NCBI RefSeq assembly: GCF_006345805.1
Contig: NC_042997.1
Coordinates: 172,236,001 to 172,300,000, forward strand
From: Octopus sinensis
Lineage: Eukaryota
Direction: 5' to 3'
DNA: 64,000 nt
A program made the position numbers and the translations under genes. The first letter of the stretch is position 1. Each line of letters begins with the position of its first letter. Shown piece by piece: positions 35,000 to 51,260 of this stretch. The notes beneath the pieces were generated by a model, which did no database searches, had not been told where the DNA came from, and was given only the letters and a program-made list of their open reading frames with translations.

Positions 35000-36036
35000 T
35001 CATCATCATCATCATCGTTTAACATCCGTTTTCCATGATAGCATGGGTTGGACGGTTCGACCAGGGTCTGGGAAGCCAGAAGGCTGCACCAGGCTCCAAT
35101 CTGATCTGGTAGAGATTCTACAGCTGGATGCCCTTCCTAATGCCAACCACTCTGTGAGTGTAGTGGGTGCTTTTTACGTGCCACCAGCACAGGTGCCAGG
35201 CGAGGCTGGCAATGGCTATGCTTATTTATTCATATTGTTTTAAATTAATCATGCATAATCTTGAAACTGTGACAATGTGATTACTTACTTCAAAAGTATT
35301 ATTGTAGAGTAAGTGTGAGAGGCCAGATCTGGCCAAGTTTAACATAAAACTGGTAGAATAATTAAACCAGATATGGCTGGTTTAAATGCAAGGATTAAGC
35401 CAGTTATGCATTAGAATGTACCATTCAAAAGAGGCATTAAGTAAATGTTGCTAGAGTAACACTTTGGTATTTAAACCGACTATATCTGGCTGAAATATTC
35501 TACATGTTTTAGGCTCAAACTGGCCAGAACCTGCCTCTCACACATACCCTACAATGTCATTCTAGAAATAAACAGCCACATCATTGAAATCTTGAAGCTA
35601 CAAGGTAAAATAGATTAATTCCAAACAATGTAAATAATAAGCATTACATTTGACAGAATAACCTGAAAGCTAAAGGATTAAAATTAAAATATAGATTAAT
35701 TTTGCTTTTATTTTGCAACTTATACAATAAGAAATATTTTTTTAATAATATGTTGATTATTGCTTAATATTAACAAAATGTGAATAACACATTGTATAAT
35801 CATAACGAAGGAGAAAGAATGTCAGTCTTGATCTGAATCAGCTGATCATCATCATCATCATCATCGTTTAACGTCCGTTCTCCATGCTAGCATGGGTTGG
35901 GTGGTTCGACCGGGGATATGGGAAGCCAGAAGGCTGCACCAGGCTCCAGTCTTATCTGGCAATGTTTCTACAGCTGGATGCCCTTCCTAATGCCAACCAC
36001 TCCGTGAGTGTAGTGGGTGCTTTTTACGTGCCACCT
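35000..36036 (-). mobile_element. Two RTE-family 3' end fragments (35000-35220 and 35845-36036) with MITE pieces between them
   Basis: (CAT)n-CGTTTAAC..GGATGCCCTTCCTAATGCCAACCAC in both. Confidence 0.8.
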
Positions 36037-36546
36037 CACACGTGAAATGTTTGTTGCCATTTTATGTCTTTACATTCTGAGTTCAAATTGCATTGAAGTC
36101 AACTTTGCCTTTCATCTATTCGAGGTCGATAAAATAAATACCAGTTGAACACCGGGGTCGATGTAATCGACTTACTTCCTCCCCAGAATTGCTGGCCTTG
36201 TACCAAAATTTGAAACCAATATTTTAGTGCATTCATGTAATGTGGTATTTTGACATATCAAAGATAAGTAGCTTATGGAGCTAATTTTTCTACAATGGCA
36301 ACGAAAAATCTATTCCTTTCTCTCTCTTTCCCTCTTTCTCTCTCTCTCCCTCTTATTTTTTCTCCCACCTCTCTCTTTCTTGGCACCATTTGCTCAATAC
36401 AGACAAGTTACTCTCTACTTCTGATTTTTTATTCTGGCAGCTATCATGTATCATATCAAGTTGCTCACATTCCTCCCTCTCTCTCTATTTCTTTTATCTC
36501 TCTCTCTTTCTCTTTCTCTCTCTCCATATATATATATATATATATA

Positions 36547-38205
<1,659 letters not shown>

Positions 38206-40190
38206 ATGATGTCAGTTAACTTGTACCTTGGTGCAGCCTCAATAGAATTTCTTCCAGTAAATACATATACATTTAACTGATCTTTTTTTCTTCATATGAA
38301 AACCATTTATCTGATTGCTCCAATTTAGCTTTATAAAACAAATTATTCCTTTGACACAAAAATACAAGATCTATGTACAATGTCTATCATATTTGTATAA
38401 CATAAATGATCTAATTGACTTATCAATGTATTTTTTCACTAAAACATTCATGTAAACTGTTGCAAATTAATAGCTAGTATTTTCTGCAATTGAATTCCAT
38501 ATTTGACTATTTTGTCAATCCACATGGTATAGTATTAATGCTACTATATAATACAATCAAGATCTGTTAAAACGTATTTTCTCTCTTGGTAAATTGGGGA
38601 ATACAAGAAAATTATATACAACCAATTTCCCTTGTCATATTTAATAACAAACCCTTAAAATTTCCTATATTGGTGACCCTGATTTTGAATACACCTAAAA
38701 TTGGTAATCTGAAAACTTTAAGACATAAATTTTCTAATCAAATAGACATTTTCACAGCTATAGCTCAGTATGTCTTACATTTTTAAGCATTTGAGTAGCA
38801 CATTGTTTACAAACTCTTTCACACATTATTTGTGAAAATTGTCAGCTTTAAGCTGCTCTTCATTTTGACTGTCAAACCAGCACATAATTTTTCCCAGTTT
38901 GTAAGTCAATTTCGTTTTACACAACCCCCACCACTCTATTTACATTGTGCCTTACAGGGGGGGCCACCTGGATACTTTGATATTTCATCTCCACTATCTC
39001 TTTACAGCTCCTGCTTATTATCCTCTCTCTCCCCCCTCTCTCTCCCCCTCTCTCTCCCCCTCTCTCTCTCTCTCTTACTAAATGTGAGTAGTAATGCAGC
39101 TTTTCTACAAGAGCCCTCCACCCCATTGTCATACTTTAACTCCTTGTTCCATAGCTAAAAGCTGACACCCTCTCCCTCAGGGTTTGTTATCTTGCAAGCT
39201 GCATGGTGACCTCAATAGCGTTGGTATAAAAAACACACCCAGTACACACTGTAAGGTGGTTGGCATTAGCAAAGGCATCCAGCCATAGGAACCATGCCAA
39301 ATTAGACTAAGAAGTATGATGCAGTCTTTGAAACCCCTCAAATCCTGTCAAACCATTCAACCAATGCCAAGATCTACTATATTAATACTCTTGTGTTTTT
39401 CTCTGTCACAACATATGTATAAGGAAGGAAGGGGTGATGGTAAACTTGGTAGTGGGATGGTGAATATTCAACGCTGAAAAGAAAAATCAAACAGCATTTC
39501 AACTCTGTGTGAGTATGTGTGTGTACGTGTGTGTGTATACAAAGGAAGTGTGTGAATGTATGTGAATATTGACAAGTGTAATAATTTGATTTACCATCCA
39601 TGTTTATATATAAAATACTACAAATAGCTGTCATTTTTGATGGCATGGAGTCAACTAATAAAATAGTGATGATGATGTCCTATCACTGCTCTGCTTTACC
39701 TCAAAATAAGAGCAGGTAACTATACTATAACAATTACCAGTTGATGATGTTGACCAAATCAATGGCAACTAAGCACCAGCACCACCATTTATAATTCAAG
39801 AAATACCTCAAGACAAACAAAGCAAATCTGGAATTGTTATCTCTCAGTAGATAAAAAGAAAAAAAGAAAAAAGTAAAAAGAAATAACACACCTAAATTAC
39901 AGCTTACTTTAGCAGACTACATCTTGACAGTTTCAATATTCCACTATTTTCTTTCCAGCAGTGGATATGTTTTTTAAAACAATTTGGTCCCAACCAAGGC
40001 TTTAGACCACTATAGTGAAGGGATTACAAAGAAGGAAAAGAAGGATCCAAAAAATTCAAAAAATGTCAATTGACAAAAATCCTAATGGACTGAAACAAGA
40101 CAACGGTTGGGAGTTCCAGAAAGCAGCAGTTTAAGGAAAGAAGCTATTAGAATAAAAGGACTTATGGCTAATTTCAATTTTTAAGCTGTT

Positions 40191-41510
40191 ATCATCATCA
40201 TCATCGTCGTTTAACGTCTGTTTTCCATGCTAGCATAGGTTGGATGATTTGACTGAGGACTGGTGAACTAGATGGCTGCACCAGGCTCCAATCTTGATCT
40301 GGCAGAGTATCTTCAGCTGGATGCCCTTCCTAACGCCAACCACTCTGAGAGTGTAGTGGGTGCTTTTTACATGCCACCAGCACAAGGGCCAGTCAGCCGG
40401 TACTGGCAACGGCCACACTCAAATGGTGCTTTTTACATGCCACCTGCACAGGAGCCAGTCCAGCGGCACTGGCAACGACCTCACCCAAATAAGTGACAGT
40501 AAGGCGAGGCTGGTAACAATCACGCTCGAATGGTGCTTTTTACGTGCCACCAGCACAGAAGCCAGTTAGCCGTTCTGGCAATGATCATGCTTGGATGGTG
40601 CTCTTAGCACTCCACTAGCATGGATGCCAGTCATCAAATTTGATTTCGATTTCACTTGCCTCAATAGGTCTTCGCAAGCAGAGTTTAGTGTCCAATGAAG
40701 GAAAGGTATGCATAACTGGGCTGGTTACACCCCTGGCATAGGCCATGAGGTTATGGTCTCATTTGGCTTAGTGGGTCTTCTCAAGCACAGCATATTTCCA
40801 AAAGTCTCAGTTACTAGTCATTGCCTCGGTGAGACCTAATTTTTGAAGGTTGTGCTTCCTATATTTATATTGCTATTATATACCATCCTATATATTCCTA
40901 TTATATACTATCCATCATCATCATTATTTAACGTCCATTATCCATGCTGGTATGGGTTATATGGTATCACTTGAGCTAGCAAAGTAGGGGAGGAGGCTGC
41001 ACCAGACTCCAGTCTGGTTTGGCATGTTTTCTACAGCTGGATGCCCTTCCTAATGCCAACCACTTTACAGAGTGTACTTGGGTGCTTTTATGTGGCACTG
41101 CACTGGAACTTTTACATGACATCATATGGGCACTTTCATGTGTCACCACACAGGCAGTTTTACGTGGCATCACCATGAGTACTTTACACCTTTGGAAAGA
41201 TCAGTCTTAACACTTCCATTGCAGAATACAGATCTTCTTGAGCACAGCAAGGCACCAGATATCTCAGTCCTTTGTCATCTTGCTTGAAAGCTTCAGTGTC
41301 CTGAAATCATTCTTCAGTACTTCATCCTATGTCTTCCTGGGTCTCCCGCTTCCACATGTTCCATCCACTTTGAGAGATCAGCTCTTCTGTATGGAGCCAT
41401 CAGCATCCATCCACATCCCATGACCAAACCAAGTACAGTCTTCTCTCTTGCACACAGCAACCAATTCTTCTTATGCCTAACTTCTCTCTCAGAACACTAG
41501 CACTCTATCA
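40191..41510 (-). mobile_element. Two adjacent RTE-family 3' ends (40191-40790 and 40913-41510)
   Basis: (CAT)n starts and subrepeats; 41205-41510 is the reverse complement of the RTE ORF end. Confidence 0.75.
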
Positions 41511-41529
41511 AACGTGTTAATAAATAAAA

Positions 41530-42360
41530 TAAATGTGCCCTTTTAAAGCCTAGCCAGGCTCATGGGCCTGGTTTCCCAGTTTCAATGGCATATGTGCTCC
41601 CCAGCTGGACGGTACACCAGTCCATCACAGCGTTACTCATTTTTGCCAGCTGAGTGGACTGGAACAACGTGAAATGAAGTGTTTTACTCAAAAAATGTGA
41701 AGGCGCGTGGCTCAGTGGGTAGAGCGTCGAGCTTACGATCGTGAGGTTGTGAGCTCGAATCCCGGACCGGGCTGCGTGTTGTGTTCTTGAGCAAGACACT
41801 TTATTTCACGTTGCTCCAGTTCACTCAGCTGTAGAAATGAGTTGCGACGTCACAGGTGCCAAGCTGTATCGGCCCTTGCCTTTCCCTTGGACAACATCGG
41901 TGACGTGGAGAGGGGAGGCCGGTATGCATGGGCGACTGCTGGTCTTCCATGAAACAACCTTGCCCAGACTTGTGCCTCAGAGAGTAACTCTCTAGGTGCA
42001 AACCCATGGTCAGTGTCTGACCGAAGGGGGTCACTCACTATCACTCAAGAATACAATGCATAGCCCGGTCCAGGAATCGAAACCACAATCTTACGATCAT
42101 GATGCTGACACCCTAACTACTAAGCCATGCGCCTCCACATAAATGAGCCCTTTCTAAAGCCTGGCCAGTCTCATGGGCCTGGTTTCCCGGTTTCTTTGGT
42201 GTATGTGTTCCCCAGTTAGACGGGACACCAGTCCATGTCAGCGTTACTCATTTTTGCCAGCTGAGTGTTTTGCTCAAGAACACAACACGTCACCTGGTCC
42301 AGGAATCGAAACCACAATCTTATAATCATGATGCTGACACTAATCCACGCGCCTCCACCT
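41530..42360. mobile_element. SINE nest: a young tRNA-derived SINE (+, 41702-42032) inserted in a related minus-strand SINE, plus a second minus-strand copy
   Basis: A-box TGGCTCAGTGG, B-box GCTCGAATCC, anticodon-like TT-ACG-AT. ACTCAA is duplicated at 41686-41691 and 42043-42048. Confidence 0.75.
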
Positions 42361-42489
42361 ATCAAATATGTACACTTACATTCTTCATCCAGTAGAGCAT
42401 ACCAGCCACATTCCTTTCTAACCTTTGCATGTCCTCTACCAGTAAAATACATTTCTTTTCTCTTCTTGATTTATGTATTGAGGGTTGAT

Positions 42490-42859
42490 TTATTTTAGTA
42501 GGGTGCCAAGAGCACCATCTGAGCATGATCGTTGCCAGAACAGCCAACTGGCTTCATGCCAGTGGCACGTAAAAAGGGCACCATTCGAGAGTGATCGTTA
42601 CCAACGTCGCCTTTCTGGCTCCAGTGCTGGTGGCATGTGTAAAAAGATTCGAGCGAGGTCATTGCAAGTACCGCCTGACTGGCCCTCGTGCCGGTGGTAC
42701 ATAAAAGCAGCCACTACACTCTCGGAGTGGTTGGCATTAGGAAGAGCATCCAGCTGTAGTAACTCTGCCAGATCAAAACTGGAGCCTGGTGCAGCCATCT
42801 GGTTCACCAGTCCTCAGTCAAATCGTCCAACCCATGCTAGCATGGAAAGCAGACATTAA

Positions 42860-42887
<28 letters not shown>
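42490..42887 (+). mobile_element. RTE-family 3' end fragment
   Basis: Three subrepeats, GGAAGAGCATCCAGCTGTAG and a (GAT)n tail. Confidence 0.8.
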
Positions 42888-42890
<3 letters not shown>

Positions 42891-42985
42891 CACAACCAGA
42901 ACAATACAAGGAATAAGAATACTATAAGACTAAAACTAATAAAATTCAACCAATACACACAAGCAGTGCATGGTGCACATGCATG

Positions 42986-42987
42986 CA

Positions 42988-43021
<34 letters not shown>

Positions 43022-43022
43022 G

Positions 43023-43077
<55 letters not shown>

Positions 43078-43090
43078 AACACACACACAG

Positions 43091-43140
<50 letters not shown>

Positions 43141-43149
43141 CACACACAG

Positions 43150-43218
<69 letters not shown>

Positions 43219-43257
43219 GACACACACACACACCACACACACACACACACACAACAC

Positions 43258-43318
<61 letters not shown>

Positions 43319-43323
43319 GACAC

Positions 43324-43354
<31 letters not shown>

Positions 43355-43375
43355 ACACAAACACACACAACACAA

Positions 43376-43431
<56 letters not shown>

Positions 43432-43498
43432 CACACACAACACACACACAAACACACACAAACACACACACAACACACACAACACAACACACACACCA

Positions 43499-43529
<31 letters not shown>

Positions 43530-43530
43530 A

Positions 43531-43572
<42 letters not shown>

Positions 43573-43576
43573 ACAG

Positions 43577-43610
<34 letters not shown>

Positions 43611-43612
43611 AC
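42986..43612. repeat. ~625-bp imperfect (CA)n tract
   Basis: CA run with CAA/CAG interruptions; source of the long HT/VC ORFs in the track. Confidence 0.95.
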
Positions 43613-44233
43613 ATAACTTTTTACATTGGAAGCAACAATAGGAAGCAAATTAAAGAGACACCAATACTGTATTATCGGTGGTCATATATGTTATTGAGAT
43701 GTAATATAACACAGAAAAATCAGTTGAAAATCTAAATTGTTTAAAAATATATATAGCCATTAAGGAGACTGAAGGATTGGTGTGATGGAAAATGTTTCCA
43801 GGCAAAAGAAGAAAAAAAAATATAAGATAAATAAAAAGCGAGAATATTTGTAGGCTTTAATACTATGGCTCTTGCAAAACATTACAATATTGGTTTTAAT
43901 ATACAGTTTCAGATCAAAATTCTTGAAAGACAAATTCGAATATGATGCGTGTATGTGTGTGTGGGCATAAGCAGCAACAGATATACATAAACACACATAT
44001 AGATACATTTACATATTCACATATATATACATATACATACACACATACATATACATTTTCTGGGCAATTCATTGCACCTGGCTGTGAAGTATAAGTGGGT
44101 TTTTTTCAACCTTTGGCATCTTTAAAGAGACTTTCCTAGGACAATATACTACAACCTACAAGTATTTACCTACACACATACATCATGATAATATTTACAT
44201 TACAGAGCTGCATCTAACAAAAAATTTTAAGAT

Positions 44234-44400
44234 GCACAGGAGTGGCTGTGTGGTAAATAGCTTGCTTACCAGCCACATGGTTCCGGGTTCAGTCCCACTG
44301 TGTGGCACTTTGGGCAAGTGTCTTCTACTATAGCCTCGGGCTGACCAAAGCCTTGTGAGTAGATTGATAGACAGAAATTGAAAGAAGCCTGTCGTATATA

Positions 44401-44480
<80 letters not shown>

Positions 44481-44700
44481 TATGTATGTGTGTGTCTGTG
44501 TTTGTCCCCCCAACATCGCTTGGCAACCAATGCTGGTGTGTTTACATCCCCATAACTTAGCAGTTCGGCAAAAGAGACCAAAAGAATAAGTACTAGGCTT
44601 ACAAAGAAAATGTCCTGGGTTTGATTTGTTCGACTAAAGGCAGTGTCCAACATGGCCACAGTCCAATGACTAACACAAGTAAAAGAGTAAAAGAGTAAGA
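44234..44700 (+). mobile_element. CORE-type SINE
   Basis: Full head, core and (AAGAGTA)n tail. Confidence 0.85.
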
Positions 44701-44714
44701 GATGCATATATATA

Positions 44715-45618
44715 TAAGATGGTATTAAAAAAAGTTCCCAGACTAATTCTGTAGCCCACCAACAGATGGCAGCACACAGTTGCATGCACGGTGAGAGCTA
44801 GCAGTGACATTAATGAGGCAGTGTGCCAAGTGACATTGCTGTGCTTACTTAACAAGTTATAGAATTTGTATTTTTGTGATCTTGAGTATGCTGTAGTCTG
44901 TGATTTTTGTCACGGACAGGAAGTTGGAACAAAGAGCCAACATAAAAATTTTGTGTTAAACTTGGGAAGTCAGCTACAGAGACATTGAGCATGCTTCAGC
45001 AAGCTTATGGCAATGAGACAATGGGTCGTACGCAATGTTTCAAGTGGTACTGGCACTTCAAAAGTGGAAGAACTCCCTGGAAGATAATGAGTGATTTAGA
45101 AGACCTGCCACAAGCATCACCCCCAGAAATCTGGAGAAAATTCATCAGCTTGAGTATGAGGGTCGTCAGAGGACAATCAATGATGTTTTGAAGCATTTGA
45201 GGAAGGTCATTTGGCAAAAGTGACCGGATCTGTGAAGCGGGACGAATTGGATTATTCCGACAATAATGCACCCTATCACCAAGCTCTCCTCATTCATGAC
45301 TTTCTCACCAAAAGTAACATGGTACCACTTCCATCCCCATCCTATTCACTACATTTAGCACCTACAGACTTCCATCTCTACCCCAAGATGAAAATGCAGC
45401 TCAAAGGTTGCTGTTTTATAACTGTTGTCAAGATCCAGAGCGAATCACAGAAGGTGCTTAACTCACTTCTAGGCTGGATTCCAAAAGTGGCAGGAATGCT
45501 GGGACCGGTGTATTGCCATGCAAAGTGACTATTTTGAAGGAGATGATGCTAAAACTAAGATAGATAAGTTATCTTTTATTAAACAGAACTAGTCTGGGAA
45601 TCTTTTGATACCACTTCA
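44715..45618 (+). mobile_element. Internally deleted mariner (DD34D-type) with both TIRs and a TA target duplication
   Basis: TA|TAAGATGGTATTAAAAAAAGTTCCCAGACTAATTCT ... AGAACTAGTCTGGGAATCTTTTGATACCACTTCA|TA; remnants MLQQAYGNETMGRTQCFKW and DNNAPYH..SYSLHLAPTDFHLYPKMK. Confidence 0.85.
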
Positions 45619-46439
45619 TAATTAATCCCTCCAACATTTGCTTAACTGCAATATTCTGCTGTTGTTAATGAAAGCAGAACTACATATTTTAACATTATCA
45701 TTTTCTGTGATACCAATTATTTTTATCACTACCCATTACCAGTTATTATTGTCCCTCTCCATGCAGGTTTTACAGTGATCACTCTTCTCTGCTACAAAAT
45801 TATCTCTCCCTTTCCATTGAACCATTTCTTTTTGACTTGCTCCTATCACCATATATCTCTCACTCTTTCCATGCACAATATCTTACTTCATATTCTTTCA
45901 AACTACCCATCCATTATTTCTCTTTCTTTCATCCTTCACTGGTCAATAGTATTATTATTTCTATTATTGTTACTATTCTTCACCTTACAGATAGTTCGTC
46001 CCTGTTATCACCCCTAGCCTTGCTTCTAAAATGTCAGTAGCCATATAGCCCATCTATAGCAAGAAACCTGTTCTGCTCCTGCTCCTGCTCTCATACCTTA
46101 ACCATTCATCTCCTAGCATAATGCTGCCCCTTCTTGGGGATCATAGTCTTGGAAGCTGCATGTCAACTGCACTAGAACTGGCATAAAAAAATTCCCCCTT
46201 TACACTTTGTAAGGATGTTGGCACTAGGAAGGGCACCCAACCATAGAAACTATGCTAAGGTTGACAGTGATGCATGATGCAGTTCCTTGGGTTCATCACA
46301 TATTACAAAACCATCCATCCCAAACGAGCATGGAAGATGGGCATTATAATGTTGTTGTTGTTGCTGCTGTTCCTACTACTATTACTACTACTTGCATTAT
46401 CGTCCTCATCATTACAAATGTCATTAATATCATTATATC

Positions 46440-46612
46440 ATAAAAGTTCCTCTCTGTGGCACAGGTCCAGGCAAGGTTGTTTGTGGAAGACCAGCAGTTG
46501 CCTATGCATACCAGCCTCCCCTCTCCACACCACCAATGTTATCCAAGGGAATGGCAAAGGCCAATACAGCTTGGCACCAGTGACACTGCAACTCATTTCT
46601 ACAGCTGAGTGA
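46440..46612 (-). mobile_element. Internal fragment of the SINE family at 41702
   Basis: Reverse complement of CAGTTCACTCAGCTGTAGAAATGAGTTG..GCTGGTCTTCC..CAACCTTGCC. Confidence 0.7.
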
Positions 46613-47078
46613 ACTGTTTTTTTCTTCCCTTGTTTGTTTTTCTTTCTTTTACCTTGATAAAGGGCCCTGCCAAAATCATCATATATTTCCTCTTCCACAC
46701 AGCAAAAAAAAAATCTAAAAAGACTTGTCAGTCCACCATATGGTCCCAGTAGACAAAATGGAAAAGGTGTTGCCACAGAGGATGGCAAAGGAGATGCACT
46801 GGAACTGCCACTCTGAATCTCAGAGCTCACACTTGTGGATAGTCATCTCCACACCTAATAATATAAGGTATTTTTCATGTATTCTATTTGTGGAATAAGC
46901 AGGTAGAAATTAGGTTCTTCCAATGTAGATTAATTTCTATTATTTCAACCATGTTATGAGAGAGAAAAAACACGATGGGAAAATATTAATAAAGAAATAA
47001 TGCCCATTGCATCATATGAATGAGTATCTATATGAATAAACTGATACTTTTATGTATACACTCATGTATATGCACACA

Positions 47079-47115
<37 letters not shown>

Positions 47116-48589
47116 ATACACATGCATACTGTATATATATATATACATATACAAATGCATCATGCACATGTACATATAAATGTATATGCATAAACTAATA
47201 TAAGAGGAGAAAAGGAGGAAATGTGAATTTTTAGTGATGCATTGTAGCATATGGAATATGCGTAAATATATATGTATATATATACATATATTTATACACA
47301 CACATACATACATTTATATATTTATGCATATATACATTATATATATATATATATACATATATGTTTGTGTATGTATGTATTATGTACGTAAGTATATATA
47401 TACATACATACTCTCACATGCACATATATATTTGTGTTATGTATATGTGAAGGCATCTATATACACACACACACAAACACATATACACACACACACAAAC
47501 ACACATACACAAACAAACACATACTCGCACACACATGTATATATATATTTGTGTATGTATATGCGTAAAATCAGAAAATTTTCAGACTCAATTCTCTTGC
47601 ATAAGAAGCTGATTTCTTGTTGACTTTTGTGGTGGAAAGTGTTTGAAAAAGAGAGAGAGGGAGAGAGAGAAAGAAAGAAAGAAAGAGAGAGAGATGGGGA
47701 ACGGAGACAGAGTGCACGCACAACTTAATAGAATTATCTCCTGAACAGTGAAGTAATGAAAGAAAACAGTGATGATGGAATATCAACATTCATATATCAG
47801 ATCTTGGATACTTCACAAATGTTCACCATTGAACACCATATATAAACTAACACAAAACAGGAGCAGATAATATAATTGTCTCTAACAAGTCAAAGAATTT
47901 TTAGAATTATGTATTTTATTTTGAAATATCTGTCATTCTTCCAAATTGACTGAATTGCTGTTCTTCACTCACATGTCTTTAGTGTTTCCATATCAAATTA
48001 ACGACCTTTCATTGTATTATGTTGTAGTACACATAGTAACAGCTTCAAATCGCCTCCCTTTCTCTCACTCTTCTTATGACTGAGTCACAAAAACGAAACA
48101 ATAATAAAGAGAAAAGAAACCATGGAAAACAGATTTTTTTACAGTTATTCTGGTTTTATATGGTGGTGGGTGAAAAAGAAATTCACCAGTGACACTGTAT
48201 GAAAGAAGTATGTGAAAACAAAAACTAGAAATGTAAATTTTTTTCGAAATAAAATTAGTACTGTATAGAAGAAATACAGAGGAACAGAATAATTAGTCTG
48301 GGTTGTCTAAAAGATTTAGACATACGAAAATAAATTAAACTATAAAATCAGACATGTTTGGTATCAGAGGATATTGATAAGTAACTTAGCTATCTCAAGA
48401 ACAAACAAAATATTTTATATTTTTTTTATCTTTTATCTTTTAGCATTTGTCTTTCATTTGTTCTAGTCACTGGTTGCAGCCATGCTGGGGCACTGCATTG
48501 AAGGGTTAGCTGAATAGTCAACACCTCAGAACTCATTTTTTTCAAGTCACATATGAATAAGGATGAGACTTGAAAAAAATAAGTTCTGA

Positions 48590-49395
48590 GGCGTAGGAGT
48601 GGCTGTGTGATAAGTAGCTTGCTTACGAACTACATGGTTCCGGGTTCAGTCCTACTGCATGGCACCTTGGGCAGGTGTCATCTACTATAGCCTCGGGCTG
48701 ACCAAAGCCTTGTGAGTGGATTTGGTAGACGGAAACTGAAAGAAGCCCGTCGTATATATATATATATACATATATGTATGTGCATGTATGTGTTTGTCTG
48801 TGTTTGTCCCCCCAACATCGCTTGACAACTGATGCTGGTGTGTTTACGTCCCCATAACTTAGCAGTTCAACCAAAGGGACCAATAGAATAAGTGCTAGGC
48901 TTACAAAGAATAAGTCCTGGGGTCGATTTGCTCGACTAAAGGTGGTGCTCCAGCATGGCCACAGTCACATGACTGAAACAAGTAAAGAATAAGAGTAAAG
49001 AGAGATGTTGATTGTTCAGCTAGCCCTTCAATGTGGTATTACTTATCAATAAATTCTGATACCAATCAATCTCTTGCCAAATTGTCAAGTTACATGGGAA
49101 CACAAACAAACCAGCACTGGTTATCTAACCGTGGTAGTGAACTAACACAAACACAAAGACACACACATGTACACACACACACACTCACACATGGACACAT
49201 ATATACACACATTCAGACACACACACATATACGATGGGTTTCTTCACAGTTTCCATCTACTAAATTCACTTGCAAAATATTAGTTGACTCAGGGCTATAT
49301 TGGAAGACACTTGCCCAAGGTGTTACAGTGGGACCAAACCCAAAACCATGTGATTGCATAGTGAACTGCCTAACCACATAGTCATACCTCCATAC
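48590..49395. mobile_element. Two CORE-type SINEs tail to tail (48590-49000 +; 49030-49395 -, decayed)
   Basis: Head, core and tail recognisable in both. Confidence 0.75.
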
Positions 49396-50118
49396 CTGTG
49401 CCTAACAGAATATTTCAGATAAAAATCATAAATCCACAGAATGAGTCAATGTGAGTTTTGAAGAGAGACGAGTCCTTATGTTTTAAGCAGAACTGGAACC
49501 TTCTTCAAGGAAATGAGAAAACGTTAGGAAAACTATCAAAAATAGTATCCATTTTTTAACAGAATATAGTTTTGATCTACAGACTTCTTGGTTATGGGGC
49601 CAGTACACTTCTACAACACCACTCTGCACAGTGAGTGGTTATGTGAATATATAATGTACTATTTCGCATTTTGTTTGTTTTTTGGTTATCTTTTATCTTT
49701 TGCTTGTTACACGTTCCTGTGGGGTATGCTGGAGATTTGAAATAAGGACATCTACCTTCTCTTCGTCAACACAGACCTGTCCAGCGGTAACAAACCCTTC
49801 CACGTGGCCCAACCCGAATGTTAAAAATAGCAGCTGCTTTTTCCCTACCTTGACAAAGCGCTCACATGTCCAGCTCTGTCAGCTACCCTGATCGAAAAAG
49901 GCCCAATGCTCCCCTGCCTGCACGCGCATCACTCCTGCCCCTTCCTCTTCTGGACAGCCCCAAGTTCTGGTCAGCTCCCTAGCTGCTGACATCATCTCAC
50001 AGTTCCCTACAATATCATTCTAGAAATAAACAATCACATCATCAAAATCTCAGGGCTGCATGATAATGCAGGATTAATACATAACGATGTGAATGAATAA
50101 GCATTTGACAGAGTAAGA

Positions 50119-50280
50119 GGCGCAGGAGTGGCTGTGTGGTAAGTAGCTTGCTAACCAACCTCATGGTTCCGGGTTCAGTCCCACTGCGTGGCATCTTGGG
50201 CAAGTGTCTTCTGCTATAGCCCCGGGCCGACCAATGCCTTGTGAGTGGATTTGGTAGACGGAAACTGAAAGAAGCCTGTC

Positions 50281-50334
<54 letters not shown>

Positions 50335-50544
50335 TTGTCCCCCTAGCATTGCTTGACAACCGATGCTGGTGTGTTTACGTCCCCGTCACATAGTGGTTCG
50401 GCAAAAAGAGACCGATAGAATAAGTACTGGGCTTACAAAGAATAAGTCCCGGGGTCGATTTGCTCGACTAAAGGCGGTGCTCCAGCATGGCCGCAGTCAA
50501 ATGACTGAAACAAGTAAAAGAGAGAGTAAAAGAGTAAAGAGTAA
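50119..50544 (+). mobile_element. Young CORE-type SINE inserted into a piggyBac-like MITE
   Basis: CpG-intact copy. MITE sequence resumes at 50545 and ends TGCTAAAGGG at 50560. AGAGTAA at 50110-50116 and 50538-50544. Confidence 0.85.
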
Positions 50545-50698
50545 TCTGAATGCTAAAGGGTCAAGTCCTGAGTTCATATTCTGCTGAGGTTGATTTTGCA
50601 TTTCATCCTTTCTAAATCAATGAAATAAGTACAGCTGAGCACTGGTGTCAATATAATCGAGTGCCCCACCCACCATCACCCGCAAAATTTCACGCCTT

Positions 50699-51137
50699 GT
50701 GGCTGCTGGAAAAACTTATATCTGGCAACAGGACTCTGCACCATGCCACACAAGAAAAAAAAAACCCAGTCATGGCTGTCAGATTTCTGTGTCCACATCA
50801 CCCCTAACACCTGGCCAACTAACTCCTCAGACTGCAATCCCCTTGATTATTATGTGTGGGGCACAGCTGAGTGAGAGACCAACAAAACTCCTTGTAACAC
50901 CAAAGATGAAGTGAAGGCAAGGATTATGGCAACTTAAACAAAGAGACCATCCAGAAGAGTTGCAGAAGATTCTGAAATCGTGTGGTTGAAGACAATGACA
51001 ATTTTATTGAATAGATTTACTCTTTAGTATTTCATGATATTTTTATGTAATTTTGGTAAATATATCTGTTAAAATGAGATGTCAGTGTTCTTTTCATTTT
51101 TGTGTAATTTAGACAACAGTTTATTCACTGTGCACTG
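50699..51137 (+). mobile_element. 3' half of a Tc1/mariner (maT-like) element
   Basis: VAAGKTYIWQQDSAPCHT and WPTNSSDCNPLDYYVWG; ends CACTG|TA. Confidence 0.75.
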
Positions 51138-51150
51138 TATATACATATAT

Positions 51151-51182
<32 letters not shown>

Positions 51183-51227
51183 GCACACACACACACACAC
51201 ATGTGTGTGTATATGTGTGTGTGTATA

Positions 51228-51260
<33 letters not shown>

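Noticed and set aside
41702-41775. tRNA-Arg gene
   Set aside because: The acceptor stem does not pair and the sequence continues into a SINE body.
49710-49995. GC-rich segment as a Tx1 or host coding fragment
   Set aside because: I could not match any frame to a motif convincingly; it remains unexplained.
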